From Mobula hypostoma (taxonomy: Eukaryota), in assembly GCF_963921235.1 (NCBI RefSeq), contig NC_086097.1, positions 63,490,001 to 63,554,000 of the forward strand: 64,000 nucleotides of DNA. Direction: 5' to 3'. Positions 52,811 to 64,000 of this stretch are shown in pieces. The translations under genes and the position numbers were made by a program. How positions within the stretch are numbered: the first letter of the stretch is position 1; every line of letters begins with the position of its first letter. The notes below the pieces were generated by a model that saw nothing but the letters and a program-made list of their open reading frames with translations, was not told the origin of the DNA and did not search any database.

Positions 52811-53675
52811 CACGTTTCTGAAGTAACCCCACGAGAGCACAATGTCAGTGAATTCCTGGTGAACCACTGCCATAAAGTTCAAGACTTTTGCCAACACACA
52901 TGTGCCCAGGAATCACAAACTTCCTGCTAGTTACAATGGCCAACAGCTTGAGTGCAAAATGGATGGTATTTCCCCACAAAACCTGAACTACTATGATATA
53001 TTTCACTTTGTAAATGCTACTTCCAATGATTGATGGGATAATATGTTGGAGGCCTTAGACTTTGCTGCAGTCTAATTGCTCACAATACTACCAGCAACTG
53101 ACCAGTCAACATTGTCAGCAATGGCATCTGTCATATCTCAAAATTAGCATATGATTATTTTGTAGGCCACAATACACTGAAGAAAGCTCATCTGTCTTTT
53201 AATAAACATAAGCCCTGAAGGCCATCCAAATATCATTCATCAAGGTTTGAATTTCATTTAAATCAACCACTATGCCAACATTCAACATTCAAGGAGCTAT
53301 CTTCCCAGGATTAATTTTCTCTGCTAATGACTATTAAGGCATTTGACAGATATGAAACTAGACAAGATGTCAACATTTTAAACAAGTAACTAGCTTAAGT
53401 TATGGTGGATTTGTTGGGGGGGGGGGGTTGCAGTGGGGGGAACAGCACCTCCATATCCATTACACGCTAGGAAAAACTGTTCATTGTGAACACCACGTAT
53501 TTAGTTTGTGGACTGCCTGTGTTAACCTGCCCAAGAAAGTTGCAGCATCTAGACGTCGAGGAAAAATACGATTAATTAGGAGAAACATAACTATATATTC
53601 CCTAAAATTATACTCTTTGATATTATGTTGTGGATGTGTAGCAATGGTACTAAAGGATGCAATAAGAAACAATTG

Positions 53676-54087
53676 CCCCCCACCCTTCACCGATTCCCAT
53701 TTCCCCCTCTCACCTTATCTCCTTACCTGCCTATCACCTCCCTCTGGTGCTCCTCCCCCTTCCATTTCTTCCATAGTTTTCTACACTCTCTTCTCAGATC
53801 CCCCTTCTCCAGTCCTTTATTTCTTTCACCAATCAACTTCCCAGCTCTTTACTTCACCCCTCCCTCTCTTTCGGTTTCACCAATCACCTGCCACGTTGTA
53901 CTTCTCCCCCCCCCCCCCCAACCTTCTTGCTCTGACTTTGCATCATTTTATCCAGTCCTGATGTAGGGTCTCGGCCTGAAACATCAACTGTTTACTCTTT
54001 TCCATAGATGCTGCCCGACCTGCTGAGTTCCTCCAGCATTTTGTATGTGCTGCTTGGATTTCCAGCATCTGCAGAATTTCTTGTGTT
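53676..54087 (+). mobile_element. Older Penelope-derived terminal-repeat copy with decayed hammerhead
   Basis: agtcCTGATGTagggtctcggcctGAAAcatcaact. 13-bp TSD taagaaacaattg at 53663-53675 and 54088-54100. Confidence 0.75.
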
Positions 54088-54825
54088 TAAGAAACAATTG
54101 TCTTATTCTGACCTCCTGATCCATCCTAACAGTACTGTGAGTTGAAAGATAACCAATTTTTCTCCCCTTCGAGGCCTCACTTTATATACTAAAGTGACAT
54201 CCAAAAATAATGATAATGCAATTAATAGGAAACTTTAGAAGCAAAATCATGGACACCAGCTTGTTAATCAGGAGGTGTTATTTCTTATGTCTCAATAACT
54301 GAAATAAACAAAACCTACTCGAAGCTTGAGAATATTCCAAGCTCAAGCTTTAATGTTCAGAACATAGAAAGCATAAAATAAGTTAGTTATTTGATCAGTA
54401 AATCCCAATCCTTCTATCCTGTTCATGAACTGAACACTGAAGTAACAATGGTTTTGTCCTTGCTTCTCCTTAATCAGATATTTGAGAAATTAATATCTTC
54501 TCTTACTTCCCTTCCATGAATTCAAAGATCCTAAATGAAATAAAGACAAACAGAACCAGCTGTTCATGAAGAACTTCATCCAAGAATACTAGAGGAACTC
54601 CAAAGTAAATTCCAAAGAAAACCAACAACCCATCCCCTTCCTCATTTTGCCATTGCACCCTTCAATCATCCACAATACAAGAAAAAGCTCACAAAGTTAA
54701 CATTTCAAATCTCATTTCTAAATGAATATACAAATGTTGCCTATAAAGGACAACTAAGTACCCTTGATGTAGTGGCCCCATGTATGTTATACCAGTTCTC
54801 ATACTGACTCTGCTGGGAAATAGCT

Positions 54826-55769
54826 GATTGTTCTGGATTGCTTTGTGGATCCAGAACTGGCTTGCCCACAGAAGGCAAAGAGTGGTTGTAGATGGGTCAT
54901 ATTCTGCATGGAGGCCGGTGACCAGTGGTGTGCCTCAGGGATCTGTTCTGGGACCCCCTACTCTTTGTGATTTTTTATAAGTGACCTGGACGAGGAAGTG
55001 GAGGGATGAGTAAATAAATTTGCTGATGACACAAAGGTTGGGGGTGTTGCGGATACTGTGGAGGGCTGTCGGAGATTATAACGGACATTGATAGGATGTA
55101 AAACTGGGCTGAAAAGTGGCAGATGGAGTTCAACCCAGATAAGTGTGAGGTGGTTCATTTTGGTTGGTCAAATATGATGGCAGAATATAGCATTAATGGT
55201 AAGCCTCTTGGCAGTGTGGAGGTTCAGAGGGATCTTGGGGTCCATGACCATAGGACACTCAAAGCTGCTACGTAGGTTGACTTTCTGGTTAAGAAGACAT
55301 ATGGTCCATTTGCCTTCATCAATCGTGGGATTAAGTTTAAGAGCTAAGAGGTAACGTTGCAACTATATAGGATACTGGTCAGACCCCACTTGGAGTACTG
55401 TGCTCAGTTCTGGTCTCCTCACTACAGGAAGGATGTGGAAACCATAGAAAGGGTGCAGAGGAGATTTACAAGGACGTTCCCTGGATTGGAGAGCATGCCT
55501 TATGAAAACAGGTTGAGTGAACTTGGCCTTTTCTCCTTGGAGTGATGGAGGATGAGAGGTGACCTGATAGAGGTATACAAGATGATGAGAGGCATTGATC
55601 ATGTGGATAGTCAGAGACTTTTTCCCAGGGCTGAAATAGCTAGCATGAGAGGGCACAGTCTTAAGGAGTTAAAAAGTAGATACAGAGGAGATGTCAGGGG
55701 TCGGCAGCCCATTCCACGCACTCACCACTCTCTATGTAAAAAAAACTTACCCCTGACATCTCCTCTGTA
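54826..55769 (+). mobile_element. CR1 ORF2 3' fragment with inverted 3' tip
   Basis: [41 protein letters not shown]. Confidence 0.85.
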
Positions 55770-56913
55770 ATAGGTTATGACAAAAGAAATAAGTGGCTGG
55801 AGCTACTTAGCACTTTAGCACAAGGGTGTGTCAAAAATCAAACCTACAAAAGTTAGTAAAAATTGCAAAAATAAAACTGCCAGTATTTACAAAAAGATAC
55901 CCACCAGAAAACACAACAATAGCTCTATAATATTTTTCGTCCAGTGTAAACTCCTGGCAGCCCCTTTTCGTCTCTCCTACTGAGAGCAAAGATCCCCGTT
56001 TATTGGGCACTAGGACATACCATGTTTAATTACCAACAAAGTTAACTTAAGACTACACATGAATTAGATTATGATTCTCCCCACAATGTTGTTACAATCA
56101 TATTACAAAATAAACAGAAGGATCTACCTTAAATACAATATACAAACAACATGAACACATTTACACATCCCCATTCCTTAAGGAATTGAATACCCCACAA
56201 TGTGTGGCGGGAAAGGCAGCAGAAAGCCAAACCGAGCGCATCCAATATCAGTTTAGGAGAATATACCGGGGAAGACATCGAGAAGCGTACACTCAGCGTA
56301 ATGAGAGCAGATTGACAAGGCAATGTTTGTGTGTGTTTTGTGAGTAAATGCACGTGTGGAAGGAGTACGTTTACCGAGTGCTCTCCATCACCAAGACTAC
56401 TCCAAGTAAGCTACACCTGGGGTTCTGGTGGCCCCCCTAAAGGAAGACAAGAGAAAACTGAAATGCACTGACTGAATGGGTGGTAGAGGCAGAGACTCTC
56501 ACAACGTTTAAGGATTATCTCTTCAGGCACGTGAATTACCAAAGCAACGAAGGCTATGCATCAGAGTGATGGCAAATAGAATTAGTATAGACATCATGGC
56601 CAGCATGATCATGGTGGGTCAAAGGGATGTGTGAACCAATGACTCTCCTCTTACCAATGAAAATACTGCAGCTGTGAGAATAAAAGGACAACAATATGGA
56701 ATGCCATTTTTTTATTCTGTTTGTAATAATTTGTAAAGATTATTTTTTATAAAATTCTGTTCAGCTTCAAATTCAGTACTTTGTTTAATTTTTAATAGAC
56801 TTTGAATACTCCTGAATGTCAGCCTTCAAAACCATTCCAATATTTTGACAGCTTTGACAAATGCAAAGCTGGGGGCAACACTTTCTGTTCTTCAAAGTGT
56901 TTCCCAGCAAATT

Positions 56914-57040
56914 CTGACGAAGGGTCTCGGCCTGAAACGTCGACTGCGCCTCTTCCTATAGATGCTGCCTGGCCTGCTGCGTTCACCAGCAACTTTGATG
57001 TATGTTGCTTGAATTTCCAGCATCTGCAGAATTCCTGTTG
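56914..57040 (+). mobile_element. About 125-bp Penelope tail insertion that begins at the hammerhead core
   Basis: CTGACGA agggtctcggcct GAAA CGTC gact plus family tail. 15-bp TSD ttcccagcaaattct at 56901-56915 and 57041-57055. Confidence 0.85.
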
Positions 57041-57723
57041 TTCCCAGCAAATTCTTCTGACTTGCTCCCAAGACCTAATTATTTGCACTGGTAATTTACA
57101 GGTCCTCACCAACTGGCTTTGGGACACTCTGCCAGCAGTTGAGACCTAATGTACAGGCTAATGGAGAACCTAAATGTGGGCAGTGAACTTCACTTGGGAA
57201 AATCTAAATTAAGGTTAACAATCTATAAAATATGCAGAGAGCAAAAAAGGTTCATCTAAAACTACACATGCTAGTTATATCAATCATATTCACGAACGTT
57301 AGAGTTATTCTGTCAGCAGTTTCAACAGTGGCTGAGTGGGTATGAACCTTTTCTCAGAATCAGACTTATAGACTCAAGATCCACTCCAGAGACACATCTA
57401 CAAAAGTCCAGGCTGACGTTCCAGTCTAGCAGACTAACTGAAATGCTGCCTTTTGGATGAGATATTAAACTGTGCACATCTGCTATCTCCCATGGTCATT
57501 GTAGATCTATGTGAAAGGCTGCAGTGTGCAAGTCCTGATCACATTTCTGGTATGTAGCTATAATCATACTCCCAAATAATGTTTAATTGCCTGTTAGGTG
57601 TTTTTGGCCAACTTGAGGCAAAGAATGTACCTTGCGACACTTTAACTGATGGTATCCCATCCAAGATACTACTGGGAAAATACTGAAACCAGTTCTTGAA
57701 ACTGTCTGTTCCATTAGAGCCAT

Positions 57724-57830
57724 CAGTCCTGAGGGAGGGTCTCGGCCCAAAACGTCGACTACTTACTCTTTTCCATAGGTGCTGCCTGGCCTGCTGAGCT
57801 CCTCCAGCATTTTGTGCCTGTTGCTTTGTA
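57724..57830 (+). mobile_element. Older Penelope tail copy with decayed hammerhead
   Basis: agtcCTGAGGGagggtctcggcccAAAAcgtcgact. Confidence 0.65.
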
Positions 57831-58444
57831 CCATTAGAATACTCAGAAACAGATGTCCGTTGTGTAATACGGAGTCCCCGAAATTCTCAGTAATTCTGAG
57901 GCTCCTGGGCGTGAACTTGGACAAAAGCAGCAGTAACAGTAATAAGCGAGTCCTTTCCCCTGAATGTGATATGATGATATGGACACGGTATTCTGAACTA
58001 GCTCAGCTCCTTTCCAACCATGCACTCCAGGCACAGAAGCTCAAGTGCTCCACATACACCTGGGTCCTTCATGAAGGATCCCAGCTCACATCATCCACCC
58101 TGCTCATGGACTGTTTGTCCCACTCCCATCAGGGACGAGGCTACACAGCATCCACGCCAGAACCACTAGACTCAAAAACAGTTACTTCCCCCCAGCCGTC
58201 AGGCTGATCAACTCCTCCACCCATGAACCCTCCTCAACAGCTCTACTGAACCTGCCTGCAAGGACATTGATATCCCCCCCCCCCCGTTCAGGTGTAACCA
58301 TTTTTCTGTTCAAAAAGTTGTATCACTACCACCTTCCCTAGAACAACTGGTATAGCTAATTAACACTGGTCTCCTTAGTGATGCCCGAATGCTAAGAATG
58401 TGTAAAAAAATAAGTTTATTTTCTAAAAATAATTGTTTAAAAGA

Positions 58445-58700
58445 ACAGTGGTTAGCACTCTTTTACAGTACCAGAGACCCAAATTCAACTCCCACCGCTA
58501 TTTGTAGGACTTTATACGCTCTCACCGTGACCATGTGGGTTTCCTCCAGCTCCCACAGTCCAAAGGCATGCCAGTTGCTAGGTCAATTGTTCACTGTAAA
58601 TTGCCCCAGGATTAGGCGAGGGTTAAATCAGGGAGACTGCCAGGTGACATGGTTCGAAGGGCCAGAAGGGCATATTCCACACTGTATAAATAAATAAATA
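58445..58700 (+). mobile_element. Decayed V-type SINE
   Basis: gtggttagcac...aattcaactccc...gtgggtttcctcc...cccacagtccaaag...(aata)n. Confidence 0.65.
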
Positions 58701-60811
58701 TTTCTGACAGCATAATCCAACTAAATCTAATATGGAAAAGACGTCAAGGGAAATTTAATGGGAACATTCAGAAGGCTGAATTATGCTATGAGTATCTCTC
58801 CTGGATCAAATGAACAAATACGTGACTTGGAAATAATGGTTCAACGAATAAAAAGAGAGGGATTTAAATCCAGCTTTTTCAGACATCTTGCTGTTTCGAT
58901 ACATAAAGGGCAAAGAAGCATTAACCTCCTTTGCCTCCAGTTCATTTTATGTGCCTGTAGGGAACATAGTAGGCATCAGTCAGGCATCAATTTATTAATT
59001 TACGCTTACAGCCAGAGATCAGAGGTTGGAGTACACCTGTCAGTTACCCCTGGCCAGCAGTACTAGTTTAAATTAAATTTGTATTCCGTATCTGTCTCTA
59101 GATGAAGTCAAGCTACCTCTGGGGTTAACTTCATACTTGGATTTTTATTCAAAGTGAAACCAAATCAAATCAAATCACTGGGCAAATTTATTTCTGAATC
59201 TATTCTATTTCATGCACCTCATCTGTCCTACTCCACCTACCAGACCAGCCTGTGGTCCTTTTTCTCATCATAGGTGATTAAATGTACAGAGCCATTTCAA
59301 AATGCATGCATACTTAAATAGCAACATACATTGGACTAATTTTAATCTTTCTGCAAACATCAAGGCATTTTAGCTCCTTTTAACTATAAAAACAGGTTCA
59401 GGCAGAATATTTACAATGTAACCTACCACACGGGTAAAGGAACTGGGAAAGAAAACTTATTATATATTTTATTCTCCATATCATCATAAGAGCTGAAATG
59501 AAACAAAACAATGCTGCAGAAGAAGAAACTGATAATAAAGTTTTCAACATCAGAGACAACTATCAAAAAGTGACCCACTATAAAAGTTTTAACTTAACAT
59601 TGCCAAAACAATAACATGGGCAATTCAGGTGGTCTAAATGAGGGTGATTCATGCCACAGAAAGTACCCAAGTTTAAATTCTGGAGGTGAAGGATGTTGTG
59701 CACAATGAGAGGTTTAAGAGCTGTCAGGTCCTGATCAATGAGCAATCAGATAATAAGCTTTAAGGTCCTAAAAGTGTAATTACTTTCACAACATCAGATG
59801 CTTATGAATGCTGTGCAAAAGCTCCCCATGGATTTATGGGAAACAGTGACTGAGCTCCATCTCATCTATCTCCAAAGTGTAGAGAACCCCAAGAGCGAGG
59901 AATTTTCTATGAAAGCTCTGCAGATAAATAGAGTTTCTATGTTCTCCAGTTTATTAGTGCAATGAAGTACAATTCACCTTGAATGTTTTAACAAAATCCA
60001 TCCTCTGTTGCTTGGTAACTCCTGCTTTATAGTTGCACAAGTCTTAGGGCCAAAATTATAAAATTTAGCATCACTTGTCTCAAAATTAGATTGCATATTA
60101 TTTTCTTCTGTGCCATGAAATCCAATTTCTATGATAATAAACTGTAATCAAAAACTAGGAACTTACTGCAGGCTTGAGAAGTCTAAAATTTTCATTCTGG
60201 ATTCCTTCATGTTCCAAACAAAAATGTGCTTTACATTTGAACACTTTACTCTGATTTTCATTCACATTGGAATGTCTCATATCATCTGTAAGTCATATCT
60301 GCAGAAACAGTTTATCACAGCACCCGATTGGCCTATTTCTACACAACCTAAGAGGGAGTTCTTCATGGTCTCAGACCAGAGCTGGATATCTTACTCAAGT
60401 GGTTTCCCTTTCAGTTTGTTACTTGTCAGTTTCCCTTCTGGATTTCCATAGCGTCACACAATCTCTCCTTCTTGCCCAACTAAACAATTAACCTGACCTC
60501 TCCCCTTACCAACCAGCAGCCATCAACTCTGACATCATCACCCAATATAAATAATGATCATAGAATCAACTATATCAAAACCACCCAAAGCCAATCCTCA
60601 TCCCAGTACCTTCTTCATATTCATGAACCACTGCCATCTCTCCAAAGGCTTCTCCCACCCATGATCCATGGAGTTATCTCATTTCCCATCATGGCAAAGC
60701 GTGCAAAGCAAAGCCCTTCCCTCATGTACAATTGCACCCAATGGCTCAGAATTTCCAGATGACTAGCACACAACCAAAACAGTTACTTACAAGCCAAATG
60801 CTGGGGAAATG

Positions 60812-61035
60812 AGTTATTAACTTCAAACTTTCTGCATAATCACTCAAAGAGTTGACCTGCATGTGCATGTAACGAGAGCTGTATAACTCATATCCTTCTA
60901 CCTTAGGCCATGAACTTATCAATCACCCATCTGTGGACACTTTCTGGAGGTCCAAGATCTGTATGCTCCACGACCGCTGGGCTAAATGTGTAAATGTAAG
61001 AGGGGACTATGTTGAAAAATAAATGTGCTCGGTTT
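60812..61035 (+). mobile_element. Mariner-derived non-autonomous fragment
   Basis: Encodes the mariner transposase C-terminus HDRWAKCVNVRGDYVEK* at 60969-61022. Confidence 0.65.
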
Positions 61036-61499
61036 TTTTTTTAATTTTTGGTGGGAGCTGTGGAGGGGGACAAAAGGGAAGATGCCGCTGAATGCCATCG
61101 TAAGGACAGTGCCCGTTGCACGGTGATTTGTGCATATGAATGGCTCCAAGGAGGAAGGGACAATACTCCAGAGAGAGAGGCAGCTTGCTCGAGAGGGACT
61201 TCGAGGGAAGTTTGGACTGTGGCGGATGTTATCACGCCGTCCAAGGGGTACGGTACCGTGAGTAACAGTTATACCCAGCTTTGGAAGAGATGAGTTCCAA
61301 AGGTCATGTGCACGTTTAGACTGATCTAACTGCAATGGGCCTGTTTATTTTTTCCCTTTTCTTTTCTTTTAATAACTGTTTCATAAAGCTGAAATTAGTA
61401 AATATATTTTCTTTATAATTGCATGCAGTGTGCAGTCTGATATTTCCTGCCAATGGGTAATTCTGTATGGGCAGTATTTACACAGCATTCCATGTCCAA

Positions 61500-63060
61500 A
61501 AGAAATAGGAAAAAAATTAGGCCATCTGGCCCATTGAGTCTGCTCCACCATTCAATCATGGCCGATCCTTTTTTCTTCTCCTTCTCAACCCCAGTTCCCC
61601 TCCCTGTCCTCGTAACCTTTGATGCCATGTCCACTCAAGAATCTATCAATCTTTGCCTTAAATACACCCAACAACCTGGCCTCCACAGCTGTGTGTGGCA
61701 ACAATTTCCACAAGTTCACCACCCTTTGGCTAAAGAAATTTCTCCGCATCTCTGTTTTGAAAGGGCGCCCCTCTATCCTGAGGCTATGCCCTCTTGTCCT
61801 AGGCTTTCCACCATGGAAAACATCCTTTCCACATCTACTCTGTATAGGCCTTTCAACATTCAAAAGGTTTCAATGAGATCCCCCCCTCATCCTTCTGAAT
61901 TCCAGTGAGTACGGACCCAGAGCCATCAAAGGTTCCTCATATGATAACCCTTCATTCCTGGAATCATCCTTGTGAACCTCCTCTGAACCCTCTCCAATGC
62001 CAGCATATCTTTTCTAAGATGAGGGGTCCAAAACTGTTCACAATACTCAAGGTGAGGCCTCACCAGTGCCTTATAAAGCCTCAGCATCACATCCTTGCTC
62101 TTGTATTCTAGATCTCTTGAAATGAATGCTAACATGGCATTTGCATTCCTCACCACCAACTCAACCTGCAAGTTAACATTCAGGGTGTTCTGCATAAAGA
62201 CACCCTTCGCATTTCAGATTTTTTTCCCCATTTGGATTTTCTCCCCATTTGGAAAATAGTCTGCACATTTATTTCTACAACCAAAGTGTATACCCATGCA
62301 TTTTCCTACATTGTATTTCATTTGCCACTCTCTTGCCCATTCTCCTAATCTGTATCCTACTGTATCCTACCTGCTTCCTCAACACTACCTGCTCCTCCAT
62401 CAACCTTCGTATCATCTGCAACTTGACAACAAAGCCATCTATTCCAGAATCTAAATCATTTATATACAGCATACAAAGAAATGGTCCCTACACTGACCCT
62501 TGCAGAACACCACTAGTCACTGGCTGCCAACCAGAAGAGGATCCTTTTATTCCCGCTCACCGCCTCCTACCAATCAGCCAATGCTCTAACCACGTTAGTA
62601 ACTTTCCTGTAATACCATGAGCTCTTAAGTTGGTAAGCAGCCTCATGTGTGGCACGTTGTCAAAGGGCTTCTGAAAGTCCAAATTTACAACATCCACTGC
62701 ATCCCCTTTATCTATCCTGCTTGTAATCTCCTCAAAGAATTCCAACAGGTTCCTCAGGCAGTATTTTCCCTGAAGGAAACCATGCTGACTTTGTACTATC
62801 TTTTCCTGTGTCACCAAGTACTCCATCACGTCATCCTTAACAATTGACTCCAGCATCTTCCCAACCACTGAGGTTAGGCTTACTGGTCTACAATTTACTT
62901 TTGCTGCCTTTCTTAAAAAGTGGAGTGACATTTGCAATTTTCCAGTCCTCTGGCACCATGCCGGAGTCCAGTGATTTTTGAAAGATCATTTCTCATGCCA
63001 TCACAATCTCTAATGCTACCTCTTTCAGAACCCTATGGTGCAGTTCATCTGGTCCAAGTT
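61500..63060 (-). mobile_element. CR1 ORF2 (RT to 3' end), decayed
   Basis: [55 protein letters not shown]. Confidence 0.88.
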
Positions 63061-63286
63061 CATTCGTTCAAATTGAGGTTTCTTTAATCAGAACATCACA
63101 ACATTCCTGTTTGGTTGAATCCCAAAGCATACCGTCCCTGGATGTATATTGTTTCTCACCATTGAGTCACGTGGCTGTTAGCAGAGGTAGTTAACGAGTC
63201 ATGTTTTCATATGAGCCCAGTGAGAGGGTTACTACTTTGTGGGTGTTTAAACTAGTGTCAGGGAAAGTGATTAAAGTATTTTATTA

Positions 63287-64000
63287 TGGATGCTGCAGGG
63301 ATTAAGTTTGGTGTGATTCAAAGAGATGCTCCACAAATAATGCTCGTGTTCTGAGCATGGAGGATATCTGAAGCCTTCGTGCCCTGCTAATTAGAGTGCT
63401 GAGCTCTGCAAAAGTGTTTGAAGAAATTACACCGATTAAACATGACTGAAGTCATACTGTCCAATACGTTAGGAGACCCTGGAAGGGTGGGGCCGTGGGC
63501 AGTCCATACTTTTAGAGAAGAGGGGAAGGTAGCTGAGGGTGAAGACTTTAAAGACAAGTCGTTCTTATTTCTGCAAAGTGCCAGAAAAGAGTTGTCTGAT
63601 GTGGAAGGTCCAATGGGTCCTTCAGCAGTTGATTTAAAATCTGAGCTGGTTTCGTGTGTACCTGAAGAAAGCCAAAGTTGTCGTAGGCTGGGAATGTTCC
63701 CCAGAGTCAAGCCCTGGCCCAATGGGGAAGAAGAATTTGAGGCTTGGGCTGAGCAGACATCTCAGGTACTCGATAAATAGTAGTGCTCAGATACTATGAA
63801 GAAAGCAGAGACAAGCAGAGTTTAAAGGGTCCAATGGCTCATATAAGGCAGAAAACCCATTAGCCATGTCAGCTTATTACCAGCAAGCTCTGGAGGATGC
63901 TCTTGGCACTGCTGAAAGAGTAGCCGATCTTAGGATGAAGTTTAGGCACACATTCCAGGAGGAAGGAAAGAAGCTGTCTGCCTACCTTTTCAGGTTGGAG
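63287..64000 (+). pseudogene. PNMA-like Gypsy gag (capsid) remnant, running off the window end
   Basis: RRLGMF...GEEEFEAWAEQTSQVL, LKGP, YQQALEDALG, KFRHTFQEEGKKLSAYLFRLE; contains stops and frameshifts. Confidence 0.7.

Noticed and set aside
1..64000. CRISPR arrays, operons, rRNA or bona fide tRNA genes
   Set aside because: None seen. The DNA is eukaryotic, and the tRNA-like A/B boxes belong to SINE heads.

Overview
Eukaryotic, repeat-dense DNA, probably intronic or intergenic. The repeat repertoire suggests a cartilaginous fish (shark or ray), which is an inference. No host gene could be identified with confidence; two weak candidate minus-strand exons were seen. The window is a mosaic of nested, mostly decayed transposons: many copies of a Penelope-like element (GIY-YIG endonuclease, Neptune-type Cys motif), Rex1/Babar-type and CR1 LINEs, a nearly intact I/Nimb-clade LINE with RNase H, an R4/Dong-type RLE element, an internally deleted RTE, tRNA-derived V-type SINEs, two solo LTRs, a PNMA-like Gypsy gag remnant, and small mariner, hAT and Tigger-like relics. 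The most striking signal is a minimal type I hammerhead ribozyme (agtc-CTGAyGA-stem II-GAAA-CGTC-gact) in the terminal repeat of the Penelope family, present about 15 times in intact to decayed form. Most of these insertions are fold-back (inverted) structures bounded by 10-16 bp (mostly 15 bp) target-site duplications, including a near-perfect palindrome of about 1 kb.
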